A stretch of 64,000 nucleotides of DNA from Octopus vulgaris (GCA_951406725.2 OX597838.1:31372001-31436000), one strand, 5' to 3'. Positions 39,073-53,187 are shown, numbered from the stretch's first letter. Program-made: numbers and translations. Notes: generated by a model from the letters alone, not told the origin.

Positions 39073-39810
39073 ATAAATTGAACGAATTAAATTAACAGAA
39101 ATACTATTGTTCCATAACAGCAAATGGGTTGTTTATTTAATTTCAAGAATAACAGTCCTTAAGATATTTTTATTCACTATACTTAGATTTATTAACCTAC
39201 ATTCTGAATTATTAATACTATTCTTTAAGAGGTACTTAAAAGTTATATTTACATACACACACACTAACGTTAAACATTCAACCTTCTTATATTTTTAACT
39301 CTGTAGCTATTTACTTAGCTTCAAATTAATGGAATTATTTACTGTGGAATCATTAGCTTTGTATAAGAAATATTAAATAAAGACCAGTTATCAATGTCAC
39401 TTAATTTCACCTCCAACAAAAATGTTGGCAAGTTTTGCAATTATCCTTTCAAAAATACCCTTAAAATTTTGAAATTGTTCTTTTGAATCCTTTTCTCCTA
39501 ATAGAGTTGAGAAACTCTCAAAAAGATCTAATAGATAATCAGACACCCTAAATATTATACAATTACCAAGATTGTTTTTATTGCTTATGTACATCTTATA
39601 TTCAAGGACTTGTTTTACATACAGGTAATATAAAATTAGTTGATTTATTTAATTTAATTGTTGAGAATCAGTAAAATGTGAAACTTGGACCCACAGTTTG
39701 TGAAACTTCAATTTAAGATACATATTATATCACTCTACTTCATTGTATCGAAGTTTTTTCCCCAGGATTCTTTACACAGTATGTGGAGGTGGGGATTACA
39801 TGCATGCACT

Positions 39811-39980
39811 GGATTCCAGTTTTAAAATAGGTATACCACATCCCATGTGTCATAAGAAGTGATTAAAAGGGTTGAGATTAGAAAGGGTATCCAACCATAA
39901 AACAATGCCTCAAAATGTCCAGTCCAACCCATGCCAGCATGGAAAAGTAGATGTGATGATTATGACAATGATGATCGTGA
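39811..39980 (+). mobile_element. Short retroposon (family H tail, (ATG)n-like end)
   Basis: ttagaaagggtatccaaccataaaac...gtccaacccatgccagcatggaaaag matches 50723-50862. Confidence 0.6.
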
Positions 39981-40382
39981 TAATACAGGTTAGTCTAAAT
40001 ACATGTTTACATATATATAATTTATAAAGTATATACACATTTCAATTCCACTTCTAGTAGCATTTTATTAAATGATACTCTAATTAATCCTTATCTACAT
40101 AAATAACAAGTACAATCCATACACGGGTGAATATTTACACACACACTTTTCTCCACGACAATCAGATGTGCTTTTGCATCATTGGTCATAATGTGCCTCC
40201 ATTCTCCCTCACCCCACCACCCCATTTGGTCCCAAATTGTTCAGATATGTCATCTTTCCATCATCTTGGAGATCTTCCAAGTGTCTTCCAAACTCTTAGG
40301 ATGCCACTTAACAGCTGTGCAGGAGCCTTGCAACACACCTGACCCAGCAGAAAAAAGCTTTCAGTATTACACAATCACATCA

Positions 40383-40603
40383 TTCACTCCATTTAGTCAG
40401 ATTATTCCGCCAAATGCAATGCTTTTCATTCACATTGTTCTTAATAAATCACATTTTATCTCTTAGCTTCGAAATTTTGTTGATGCGATTGTATATTCTA
40501 TAATGGCATTGAAGGACAGGTGTGATAGGCTGGATCTGGCTGGTCAGAACATAAAACAGGGAACCTATTTGGGCCAGAGACAACAGGTTTAAATGCTAAA
40601 TGG
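40383..40603 (-). mobile_element. piggyBac-type MITE family C
   Basis: Reverse complement of the family C body, ending aaatgctaaatgg|TTAA. Confidence 0.75.
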
Positions 40604-41599
40604 TTAAAGACCAAGTATATTCAAAATACTCATCCTCTCATACAGGTGTTTGTACATGGATGGGATGACGGTATTCTGAATGCTCCTGGTCGTTGTCTCC
40701 CAATAAAGAGAACAAACTATATCATCTTTACTACAGCCAATACACAAACACACACTCAACCTATTTGAGAAGTATTCTTCACATTTATGTATAATAAAGT
40801 TTTAACTGATGTCTCTCAATTGACCAGCCCTACAAAAACCAAGTGAAGTCAAGTAAGTGAAGGAGAGAAGCTCCTATTTTTCTATACTAAGATCAACTCA
40901 AATATTGAGTGGAGTTGGACAATCGGAAAAACAGGACAATGGTAGTGTGGCATGATATAAACATAGAAGAATATGAAGACAGGAAACCTAAAGCAACTTC
41001 ATGTGAAACGAAGAAATAGATCATGCGTCCTTAGGCAACACACTTCATGCTCCTTGCCCATTTCACTGCCAGCCAACAAGGAAACTTCATGATCTCACAA
41101 TCAGCTAGGAATAGCAGCTATATATCCCTCAAAACAACACTGGACAATCTTAAAGAGAAGAGTACCTTACATAATATAATCCCAGATATTCCTTTAAGAA
41201 AAACGAAATGGTCATAGTTGGAACACAACCCATATAATATGGTACCAGACTATGAAGATGAAAAGGGAAGTTTCAAGTCCTTAAAAAGTGCAAAATTTGC
41301 AGTTTAAAACAGCATGGAGCCAAACAAAGCCATAAAACATTAACTCTAAACACATATGGTGTGTGTGTACACTCCCTTCTATGTTGTTAACACACGTGTA
41401 ATAAGTATGTGACACAATAATCATTGTATGATTGGTCTCAGCTGGAAACTGCATTTCGTGAGGCTGACTGGTTGGCAATTAAGGGGAACAGTTCCAACTG
41501 GAAATCGAAACCAGATATTAGACACTGAAATACAGGCACTGGGAGAAAATGAGAGGGGATGTTATTACCGACCAAAAGCCTTTGTGAGTGGAATTTGGT

Positions 41600-44500
41600 A
41601 GACAAAAAACTGCAGATGTGCTGTACTGTGTGTGTATGTGCGTGTTTTGTTGAACATCACGGCCTTCTGCAGTTTCCGTCGACAAAATTCCTTTTCCTCT
41701 CACTCACACGAATGTGTGCATGCGAGAAAGAATAAAAAGATTTTATACAGACATATACAGATGCGTGCATTTTGAGAGCGATAGAGAGAGAAAAGTTGGG
41801 TTTTTTTTTTTTACATGCATACACGTGTGCTGGGTGCGTGTGTGTAAAACGGTGCATTTTTCCACGCGTAAAAGTAACTTTGCAGTTCGATAGACGATCG
41901 ATAAAACAAGTACAGGAACGTTAATCAGTACTGGAGGCCGATACGATTGACAAAAAAACCGTCCTCGAAGACGGTGCCTTGGCATTACCGAAGTCGAATG
42001 ACTGAATCTTAGTAGACCAGAAAAACTTTTTTTTTTTTTTTTTAAATTAAAAGTCACTTCACACCATTTTATTGTGGGAATGGAAGTGTGTTGCCAAATT
42101 TTGCACTAAAACCAAATCGTGGACGTTAATTAAATCTCATTCAAAATGTGTGTCTGTGTGTGGAGAGAGAGATAGTTAACCTCAATAAACGATATTATAT
42201 TAAGTCATTGAATAATCCCAACGTGAGTGGGGGAAAACGTTTAGAATTTAAAAAATAATAGAGAGAAAATATTAAGTGCAACGAAAGGAGAAGCAACAGG
42301 ACTTTATTCTCTTCGGTTGGTCAACAATGTCAAAGCAAACGGACATTTTCGAAAATTGATTTAATTTAGCAGAGAAAGAAACCATCCCCCCACTCCCCGA
42401 TGTGTTTCGACTAATTTCAGAAGAAAAGGAAGCATACGAAATGTAACTCGATCTTGTTTCCCCTCGATCCAAAAACGCCTAGAATTTGATTGGGGAAAAA
42501 TCAGATATAAATAGATTTTTTTATTTTTTCCCCCCATATTTTAATGCTGCTGCTGCTGCTTCTGCTGCTCCTCAAGCGACGATGTATAAACCCTTATATT
42601 TCCAAAGTGCATACAAATCATTAATTTTAAAAGGCATGCTGGAATGTGTTTCGAAAGATGTCTCGAAGACTTGCGGTGTCTGAGAGAGAAGGAGAGAGAG
42701 AGAGGGAGGGAGAAGTACGATCTTGTCAGAGAGTAATCTGTGTGTGTGTGTGTTCGCGCGCGTCAAGAGTCTAAGCGAGAGGCGGTGGTGGTGGTGGTGG
42801 TGGTGGTAATGAAGGTGAGAGAGAGAGAGAGAGAGAGTGTGTGGTGGGTGCAATGGCGTGTGGATAGCATTGACAAAAGCGTCCGAGAAAATAGTAGCGG
42901 TTCTCTATGTGATGGTAAAAGCAAAGCAGTCAGGAAATAACATTAAGCAGGCGAAAGAGAGGTAAAGGAAGAGGAAGGGGGCGGGAGGAGGGGGGAGAGA
43001 GGGAAACGGTTGAATGAGGGCGGTGTCGACGGCAGCCGAAACAGCTAGGTCAAAGAGGTGTGGGGGAGCAAGGAGAGAGAGAGAGAGAGACAAAGATGGA
43101 GGAGGAGGAAGAGGAGAAGGTTAGAAAAGACAGAAGACAGCAATCCAAACAAGAAAGAGAGAGAAAGCCAACAGACATGGATACAATGACTAGAGCAATG
43201 CTACTAAACAGCGGTGTCATTATCATCGCAGTAGGCTTTTTATTTATTATTTCTTCTTCTTCTCCTCCTCCTCCTCCCGCTGCTGCCCTTGGGCTTCGAG
43301 ACGTAACGAGTTCGCTAACAGCGCACCCACCCACCTTTACAACAAAGCCCGTTTTCTATCACACCGTTTATATATATATATATATATATATAGAAGAGAA
43401 AGGGGGCTATCAACATCACAACCACCCGTATACCCTGGCCCCCTTTCTAAATAAAAAAAAAATTAAAACCCCACACACTTCATGCCTATTTAAAAAACAC
43501 TTTTTCTTTCCTACGTGGCGGCAGTTAGTGGGGAGGAGGGGAGGGGGAGAGAATAAAGGGACAAACCAGTCGTAACCCGGGTCTTATTTTCATTAGGAAC
43601 TCTTTCGCTTTATTCGACTTAATGCGCCCTACGGCAAGGCATGAATATCACAACTTCATAACCTTATTCTCTCCCTCGCCATCTTACTGGCTTCCTGAAA
43701 CAGGTACAAAATAATTGCTTTTCTTATTCTTTTTCGGTTTCTATTGAAAGGGAGAAGAAAAAAAAAACTAGAAGGGAATGAATATTTATTTACAAACGCC
43801 TGTTTTAAAAAGTAAAATTGTATCAACGAAATTGTTTAAAAAGATACAAGCAAGTAACAAGAGAGCAACAACAACAAAAAGGCGCCTGTATGTGTGTGAG
43901 AGGGAGAGAGAAAGAGAGAGAGAGAGGGCTAAGTAAGTAAAGTGGTTGGTGTACATTCCAACAGTGAGTAAGAAGAAACGTCATTTGTGTATAGGCAGCC
44001 ATCAGCCAGCCGATACTTCCTCCATTGCACACAGGAGTGAGTGAGTGAGTGATACAACACCCACGAGAGCAAAGCAAGCAAATATAGCTAACGGAACTAC
44101 CGACACACGAACAGATTTTCACAAGAGATAGAGGAAAAGAGAGAGTCAGAGAGAGAGACAGAGGGAAAAAGGAAAAAACACGGAATGAATAAAGAACGAA
44201 CGAACGAAATAACATTAGAAGCAAGATCTCGCCATGTCAGCCGTGCCTGCAGTGAATAAAGAAATTAGACGATCGCTGTAAAGGCTAAGGGAATAAAAGT
44301 GAAATATACTTAATCCATTACAGCCCTTTACACACACACACAGCTGGTTTGGTGGAGGGGGTTGAGGAGCTGTGAGAGAGAAGAGAGAGGCGGGGGAGAG
44401 GGGAACATGAGGATGACAAAAACACGGGGAGATAATGCCGTTTTGTACTGAAAGGTTGATGCCTATTGATAAAACAACAGATATGATGTCTATTATAGCT

Positions 44501-45830
44501 ACAGTATGGAGCATTAAGGAATCATAACCTCTTAAATAGGTCAATTCGTTTTCATTAACTAATATAGCGAGTTTCGGTGGAAATTCAGAGGAGAAAAAAG
44601 CAGATCCACGATTTAATAAACAAAAGAAACAAATTACACACACAATTTATATATATATATATATATACATATACACACACATAATATTTCCTGAATTATA
44701 TATGCGCAGCCTTCGATTTCTTTTCTTCTTTTTTTTAAAGGGTTTCTTAACCCAATTTTTACATAGTTTATAGCTTTATGTGTATGCTTCGAGATTTTAT
44801 ATATATATATATTAGAAGAAATGAGGTAATCAGAAGATCGGATGGTTTATATTTACAGATATTTATATATTACATTTTTATATATATATCATATCACTTA
44901 GATCATTAGCGCTTTCTCCCATTCTAGTGGGGTTTTCAAATCAAAATAAGTTCCTTTGTGTGTGTGTATATATATATATATTTATATATATATGCATGCA
45001 TCAGTAAACATGCCTGAGTGTTCTCGTGTTTAGTTGGCGAAACCGAAATAGCAGGCTGACATTGTAATTGATAGAAAACTACGGTAAGCTTGAAATGTAA
45101 TGGGAAGGTGTTGGTTGGTTGGTTGGTGTGTGTGTGTGTGTGTGTGTGTGTAAGGAAAGCCTGGTGTCGGAAAGTGGGTGTGCAAGATCAGATCAGATCT
45201 TCACGACCACATGGACAGGCTGTGCGCAGCCATATTTAAAAAACCCCACAATGCAACACAACGCCAAAAACCTGAGAAAGCAGTTTGTGTTCAAGCTCGA
45301 AAATGAGCAGCTTCCGCAGACTGTTAGTACCTTTTAGACAATAGCAGTAAGACAGTAGTTAGTAAAGAATTAAAAATGGAAAATATTAATAATAATAATA
45401 ATAATAAAAAAAAGCACCTAAATCAGCCATTGTAATTTCACGCTGTGCATAAATACATCATCAATACGGTTTGTTTTCGCTCAGACCTGATCTGTTTATT
45501 GTAACGATCGGTATTAAATAGTCGATTAAATATCATTACTCAAGATGTTGAATACATAAAGAGGCGACCTTAGTGATTATCTATTATTTGTTTTAATTGT
45601 TTTATAAGATGTGGTAGGTAGGATATTAAAAGGTGATTAAATTAAAATCAGAAATCGTTTCCTCTCTTGCGACCATATTTCTAAATCTTATTTAATGACG
45701 ATAAAAAAGAAATATATATATATATCTACAAGATATCCTCGGTCAAGAACAATTTACGTTTATTCAGCTAAACATTTGAAATTAATCCGCCTTAATAAGC
45801 TGTTTTAGAATAAGCTCTCCTCGTCTCTCT

Positions 45831-45870
<40 letters not shown>

Positions 45871-46600
45871 ACACACACTGCAACACGATGGCTAGAAAGC
45901 AAAGTGTGCGTAAGCGTGCTCCGACACTCATACACACGTACATCGTTGAAAAGTGCAACAAACAGGCTCACACGCTGACATCAAGAATCTGCCTCTTGGA
46001 GGTGGGAGTTGGTAAGGACTTGGCAGTTTGAACATGAGCAATGGAGTCAGAATGAGGAGGACTGAAGGAGAGGATGGTGGTGATGGTGGCGGCCGTGGTG
46101 GTGGCATCGAGAGAAACAAGGAAGAAGAGATAGGTAACAGCAACTGCTGACGGCACACACACACACACACACACATTGAATACGTTGAGAAGGTGGTGGT
46201 GGTGGAAGAGATAGTGATGGAATGAGAGAGGGGGAGGAGGAGGAGGTACTTAGACAACGAAATTACGGAAAATTACGAAATAGAAGAGGACAAGCGCGAT
46301 AGGATGGCGAAAAGGCGGTTTTAAATAACTCTACATCGTGAAATAGATGACAGAGCGGATGGAAATGCCTTCACCATAAATAAAATATACGGTTAGCAAC
46401 GTCGAGTTCGACACAAATATATATATATACACGTATTACATATATATATATACGTACATCGAATTAAATTTTAAAATAAAAGATAGAGTGACAGAGAGAG
46501 AATTAAATAAACAAGCTTATATAATTAGTATAATTGTTTCAGAAAGCCAAAAAAAAAACAATCATTCCCTCAGCCTCTCACTCACGGCCATTCCTATGAT
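41600..46600. promoter_or_regulatory. CpG-rich, TE-poor promoter-like island
   Basis: Abrupt rise in CpG dinucleotides against CpG-depleted flanks, with GA-rich tracts. YY1-like motifs at 43677-43685 (AAGATGGCG on -), 44230-44237 (ACATGGCG on -) and 46302-46309 (GGATGGCG on +). ETS-like CTTCCTG at 43691. Confidence 0.7.
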
Positions 46601-47629
46601 ACCCCCACCTTCTATGTCTTTATCTCTCTTCTATCATACACACACAGTAAATGAATAGCTAAATAAACATCATTTCATTTTCAAATCAACATTAAAACAA
46701 TTATTTTCAAAGTTTCCTACTAGAATGACCTCACCATCATCATCACCATCACTATTATCATCGACACCGACAACTATGACGACCTTAGTCACATGAGATG
46801 GTTTTAATAATCATCAAGCAATAACCTGGCTTGTTAAATGCTCTTAAAACTTAAAACTGTCTCAGATTAAGAGTGTGTGTGTGTATGTATATATGTACAC
46901 AAACACACACACATATATATAAAGTGCGCCTGACACCCGAGACAAAAACTGATTATAGTCAATGAAACTGTTCATTTGTAAAATAAAAATGATTTTCCAA
47001 TGTTATTAATACAAGCAAAGGGATCAGCGATTTAATCGCTTCAAGTGCAAAAACAACTCATGTACTTAAAAACGGTTATCAACATAAGGATTTTTCGTCA
47101 AGGTCCTTCTTACTGTCATCAGCATTTTCTCGGGTGAAAGAAATTACATGGACGGGTAGATTTGCACAAGAACTATTAACTAAGCCAGCACATTCCACAT
47201 AAAAACGTTACATTAACCACAAGGCCAGGGGCTTCTTAAGGACGGGTGTGAGGAATGGGATAGTGCAGTCTGTCCAAAGAACAATGCCATTTTTTTTTTT
47301 TTTTGTAAGGAGAAACAAACCATAAGCAGACTGTATCAACTCCAGGACATAACTGGTACTGGCAAGCATAGATGTCATGGAAGGTCCAAGCAGGATTTAA
47401 AATGCACCATTTATTGCTCAAGGACCAACAAAGGAACATTTTACCTGGTCCCTCGCCCTGCAAGACATCGCTCACAAATCACACCCATTGCATAATGTAA
47501 TGGGGTGATATCCGAAAGGACAGGATGGTCACAGTTGAACTGATTTTGATCACAGGTCTGCTAAATCCGGGCTGGCAGATTTTTTCTTTTATCTCTGCAT
47601 TGATTAGTTACAATACAAAATACTTTCAC

Positions 47630-48050
47630 TCAGTGTAGCTGTCCATCTTGACATATTTGGCTCTTAACACTGCACCACACCTGAAGATCATGCATCAACA
47701 CGCTGCTTCCACCACCACCACTTCTAAATGGTCTCTACTCCAACCATTCTCTTATCCCCCACCGGATTTTCTCGCACTTCACCAAATCCACCGACACAAT
47801 TACAACCTCAAACATTGACCAGCAATTGGTCAGTTAACGCCAAACTAACTAAACTAGTTGGTTCCAATGAAGCATTGTTTTCAACATGTAACCAATATTC
47901 CAAATGGAATAGAATCAGTCTCCCAAACTTGCCAAAGACAGTGAATTTTTCCTTTATTTCCTATTCAAATCTCTCTCCACTCAACGTTACAGTATTTCAC
48001 TTGGGACACCACAACAACTTCGTTAGCCAGAAGAGTTATTAGAGCAACAG
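47630..48050 (+). mobile_element. Possible highly decayed CR1/Jockey-type LINE 3' fragment
   Basis: C-rich segment with only weak resemblance to CR1 ORF2 C-terminal motifs. Not confidently alignable. Confidence 0.25.
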
Positions 48051-48309
48051 AGTGGCTTGCTTTGTGGTGGTTATCCCAACTCTCTACACTCTGATTTCAA
48101 ATCCTACCATGGTCCACTTTGCTTGCCTTACTTTCAGTGGAGTCAATAAAAGTTTCAGTCTCGTTCTGTGCAGGAGCTGATTATCTTCTTTCATTATTTC
48201 TTCTTGTTTGTGTGTTTTTCTTTCTTTCCAGAAAACAGCTTTAGTCCAACCAAGACAGGTATGGGAGCCACTAAGATCTAAAACAGTGCACAATCAGAGC
48301 CCATGTAAC

Positions 48310-48630
48310 CCCTGGTGGTCTCCATATAATTGAGGATCCACAAGTAGTATTTTAAGGGTTCATGAAAAATTTTTACTTCAGATGTATTTACTGCAAGAAA
48401 TAGTCACATTCCTTTCTCTAATGTTTTACATAGTTTAACATGTTTCCAGCCACTGAAACATGTTCTCTCAGAGAATGCTATTGCAAACCTATGCAAGTGA
48501 ACATGTGACAAACAAATTAGGAATTAGGAAAGAAGTATCGATAAAACTAGTTTTGAAACATCAGATAGAGGGGGGGGGGGGGAAATCCACCTGAATAAAA
48601 TAGTTTTAAAAAAAAAAAGTCCATGGAACC
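48310..48630 (-). mobile_element. hAT MITE family E, partial
   Basis: Reverse complement similarity to 25800-26070 (aaaactagttttgaaacatc, gtattttaaggg...tgaaaaatttt). Confidence 0.65.
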
Positions 48631-49019
48631 ACTTAAAAATGCCTATCAAGGAGTTGAAGATGTAAGGTGAGGTAAAAGTAGTTTAAAAGAGTCTATAAAA
48701 GTTAATAGGTAATGTGAGTTTTAACTTGGGCACAAATCCCATCATTTCAGAGGTGGAGATGTAATCAAATCGACCACAAGACGACTGGTTCTCATTTTCT
48801 CAACATCAGAAGGTACCAAGTCAGCTATCTCCTTGCACCAATTAAATATCCCATTTCCACTGGATTCATCTACAACTGGTACACCAACTATCTTAAATAG
48901 AGAGAGGAGTGACACACAGACAGCTGTAACATTCCAAGATGTCTTGTAATTAGTTCACTGGCAACTTCTACTCTGTAACACTCGTTACTAATACAGAATA
49001 AAACATTCTACACACACAC

Positions 49020-49237
49020 ACAGATCAATATCTCAAACACTATCAACCATTGAGATCAATATTTCAAACACTATCAACCACAGAAATCGATATTTTAAGC
49101 ACTATCAACTACAGAGATCAATATTTCAAACACTACCAACCTTGAAATCAATAATATCAAACACTATCAACCACAGATATCACCATCTCAAACACTATCA
49201 ACCACAAAGATTATTATTTCAAACACAATGAACCACC
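49020..49237. repeat. Minisatellite, ~7 copies of a 31-bp unit
   Basis: Unit ~AGATCAATATTTCAAACACTATCAACCACAG. First two starts at 49022 and 49053. Confidence 0.9.
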
Positions 49238-49867
49238 ATACTCCAGTCCTAAACAGATGACTCAACATGCTGCCACCACCACCACCGGGTTTTTGAGTGC
49301 CTTTAGTGGAGATCAACCCTGTTGCAAGCAGTCTAGTCTTGCGCGCACACACACACACCCCCTTTTTTTTTTTTTGTCTGGCATCAGTCACATCAATCTC
49401 AGCCCAGGAAAGCCTGCAAAGGTCATTACCACTGCTCCCATCTTCCCACTCCGCAACCATCTCCTTCTGACTAATTTATAGCAATGCAAACAAACACACA
49501 AACAAGCAAGCAAACAAACAAGATGACCTGCAAAAGCAGAAACTGCTCCTACATCCTGGTTAGATAGATGACAGTTCAAAAAATTACAAAAGTAGCAGTG
49601 GAGATATTCAGAAATTATCAGAACTATTTATCCCGTGATGTGATAGTAATTCACCAAGTTACGAACAACCAGAAAATAAAAGATATAAATCAAACAAAAC
49701 TAACCGCATGCTTTTAGATTAGTTATTTACAAACTGGAATATCTGATAAAAAATAATATAACAACCTGAACGACAAGGTGGGAGTGGACTGAGCAAACTT
49801 AACTTTTTAGCATCTGAACTTCAGTCTTACTTTTTTTTTTTTTTTTTTTTACCATTGTTGTTATTTT

Positions 49868-50945
49868 CGAGGTGGTAAGCTGGCAGAATTGTTAGCACGG
49901 TGGGTAAAATGCTCTGCAGCATTTAATTTCCTTCAGTTATTCACATTCTAGGTTCAAATCTTTTCAAGTTCAACTTTACCTTCTGTCTTTGCCAGATTGA
50001 TAAAATAAAATACCAATTTCTTTATTACCCACAAGGGGCTAAACATAGAAGGGACAAAGACAGACATAGGTATTAAGTCGATTACATCGACCACCACCAC
50101 CCCAGTGCGTAGCTGGTACTTAACTTATCGACCCCGAAAGGATGAAAGGCAAAGTCGACCTCGGCGGAATTTGAACTCACAACGTAACAACAGACGAATT
50201 ACGGCTACGCATTTCGCCCGGCGTGCTAACGTTTCTGCCAGCTCGCCACCTTCATAAAATACCAGTTGAGTGCTAGGGTCAACTTTGCCTTTCATCCTTT
50301 CGGGGGTCGATAAAATAAGAATCAGTTGTGTGCTGGGGTTAATGTAATCGACTAACCCCCCCCCCCAAATTTCAGGCCTTGTGCCAACAGTAGAAAGGAT
50401 TATTGTTATTATCAAGGTTGCGAGGTGGCAGAATTGTTAGCATGCTGGACAAAGTGCTTAGCAGCATTTCACCCATCGTTATGTTCTGAGGTTGACTTTG
50501 CCTTTCATCCTTTCGGGGTCGATAAATTAAGTGACCACTGGGGTCAATGCAATCGACTAGTGCTCTTCCCCCAAATTTCAGACGTCGTGCCTTTAGTAGA
50601 GACAGTAGCACATTGGACAAAACGCTTAGTGACATTTCCTCCAGATCTTTACTTTAAGTTCAAATCCTGTTTAAGTTAACTTCACCTCTTGTCCTTTCGG
50701 AGTTGATAATATAAAGTATTATGGCGTTAGGAAGGGCATCCAGCCGTAGAAACACTGCCAGATCAGACTGGGCCTGATGCAGCCTTCCGGCTTCACAGTC
50801 CCCAGTTGAACCGTCCAACCCATGCTAGCATGGAAAGCGGACGCTAAATGATGATGATGATGATTGACCAAGTACTGGAGTCAATGTAGTACAACTCACT
50901 CTTCCCTCCACTGAAAATGCTGGTTGTGTACCAAAATTTGAACCT
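49868..50945. mobile_element. Cluster of 5 or more SINE B copies in both orientations plus a family H tail (50723-50862)
   Basis: Young minus copy 50017-50252 has TSD ataaaatacca (50005 / 50254) and sits inside an older plus copy. Further plus copies at ~50275, 50420 and 50605. Confidence 0.9.
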
Positions 50946-52344
50946 ATTATTATTACTATTATTATTATTATTATTATTATTTAAATCTGTGTAGACTCAA
51001 TCACATGATAGATGGATTCTACATAATGAGAAGAAAGAAAATGGAGATTAAATTGATAAACGAAAAGTCACAGTTATAAGAAATATAAAAACTCATGGAA
51101 CAGAGAGAGAAAGGCTGGAGACATTCCTTAATTAATAAACACATAACTCATTAAAATTAAACAAATGAAAAGAAGGGGGAAAAAAATAATAATCATCTAG
51201 ACAACGCTTTCAAGGACAGAGATGTTAGAGAAACTCTATGAAATGGGCCAGTGTGTATTGTATTAAATAACTTAATTGTAAACTCTTAGCATTTAGAGAG
51301 AGAGAGAGAGAGAGAGAGAGACCCGCTTCCATAACCACCTGTGTCAGATATAAATGGTTTTAATAAAAGAAAAATGATGCTTTAAGAGAGGGGGGGAAAA
51401 AAAAGAAAAAGTGAAATGTCATCACTTGAAAATGTTATGGAGACTTTCAAGGCATTGCTTGTAAGTGTAGAGTGGATTGTGAAAGCATGCACGCATGGCT
51501 TTGAGAATGGAGGGTGGCAGGGAAGGGGAGAGGGGTGGTAGTAGTAGTAGTAGTTGTAGTAGTACATAACAACCTAACAGCTTCTCCCTCACTTCCAGGC
51601 AAAAGGTTCCAGTGTTATTCACTTACTACACCCGACCAGTATACTGTAAACACTCTTTTAGACATGCAAACGAATCCATTCAGCCTTCTCAGAAAGCGAA
51701 ATCCAAACAACAATACAACATTACAGGTACCTTTGAAGGTTTATAACCCCAAACCACCCAATCTTGAAGAAGTGTGGTGGGGGGGTCAAGAGAGAGAGAG
51801 AGAGAGAGTTAGTGGTTAAATCAACAGTACCGTCAACACCTCAATAGAACATAACCTTAACAATATTGTTGTTGTTGTTGCTGTTGCTGTTATATATTGC
51901 CAGAACTAGGCTTTGCCCACAGCTACTTGCTAATTGCAACCAGATAAACAGCTGTTTGCTGCAACTGGAAGAACAGATTGGAAAATAAAAATATCTTTTT
52001 ACACAAATGGATAGCTTTATTGTTGTTGTTGTTGTTGTTGTTGTTATTATTTTTATTATCTTGTAATAAACTATTTCAGTAAATAACCCTTACATGTTAT
52101 CACTTGTGTTCTTTGGAAGAAAGAGCAATGAAAATGGGGAAGTAGAGGAGGGGGTGGCTGGTAACAAATGGATTAAAATGCAGAAAACTAAACCAGCCGC
52201 TAGAGTTTCTGTATTTATTATGTATTTCAGATATTTTATTTATTTATCTAATATTATTTTTGTTATCATTTCATTTTCATGTGACTTAAGACTATACATC
52301 TTGGAAATTGGCTTGTACCACATTCATGATTGTATCATTGTTTC

Positions 52345-52830
52345 TAACAAAAGACACAAGGACTCAAATGTGCAGCTGGGGGGGGGGGGGCTGAAATTTG
52401 GGCAAGTGGGTAGATTCTGCCAGTTCAACAGCCTTGTAATAATGGTTTCAAATCTTGGCAAAGGGCCAGCAGTTTTTTGAAGGGAGGAGTCAATTATATT
52501 GACTCCAAAATTGTCTATTGGCCCTAAAAAGATGAAAAAGTAAGGTCAACCTCAGTGGAATTTGAACTCAGGACACGAAATGATGCTAAGCATTTTGTCT
52601 GGAATGCTAACAGATCTGCTATCTTGCCACCTTAAACATCCTTGTAATAATAATTAGAAAGGCTAAAAAACAAGGCAGAGGGAGCAGTCAACAATATGAG
52701 CACCAGTACTAGGCCAGCATTTTACTTTATTGACCCCAGAGGATCAGTTGACATCAGCAGGATTGGAACTCACGACATGAAAAGTCAGAACAAAAACAAA
52801 GCATTTTTCCTGCAACTCCAATATTTCTGT
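52345..52830 (-). mobile_element. Tandem SINE B copies
   Basis: ggtttcaaatcttggcaaagggccagc...tttgaactcagg...gctatcttgccacctt, with flanking partial copies. Confidence 0.75.
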
Positions 52831-53187
52831 CTATGCACCAAAAATGTAAAACCACTAACAAAGCAAAATAGACAAACTATTTCATTAAATGCAAGTCACT
52901 TCTCATGGAAATAAATATACCACAGCATATTTTATCTAAAAAAATTTTTATCAAAATACTATGTCAATCAAAATAATGTATAAAGTTACAAATCAACAAA
53001 CTGTTAAGATACTTTTTTTTATGTAAAATGGTATTTTAGATCATATGTAAGTAGCATTTTGTGTCAAAAAAGACAAACTACATCATATTCATGAAACTGG
53101 AAACCATTAACCAAAGAGACTTTCAAAAGACCAAAACAAAAAAAAAAAGGCCTCAGTTGAACAAACTACAAAAGTCTGTGAAAACCT

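Noticed and set aside
43060-43575. 171-aa plus ORF with a hydrophobic stretch
   Set aside because: Built from (GA)n, (GGA)n, (CCT)n and (AT)n repeats in the island. No recognisable domain.
47088-47126. Minus CTGATGA...CGAAA hammerhead-like core
   Set aside because: Stem II does not pair and no stems I/III are found.
49020-49237. CRISPR-like appearance of periodic repeats
   Set aside because: No unique spacers; a contiguous tandem unit in eukaryotic DNA.
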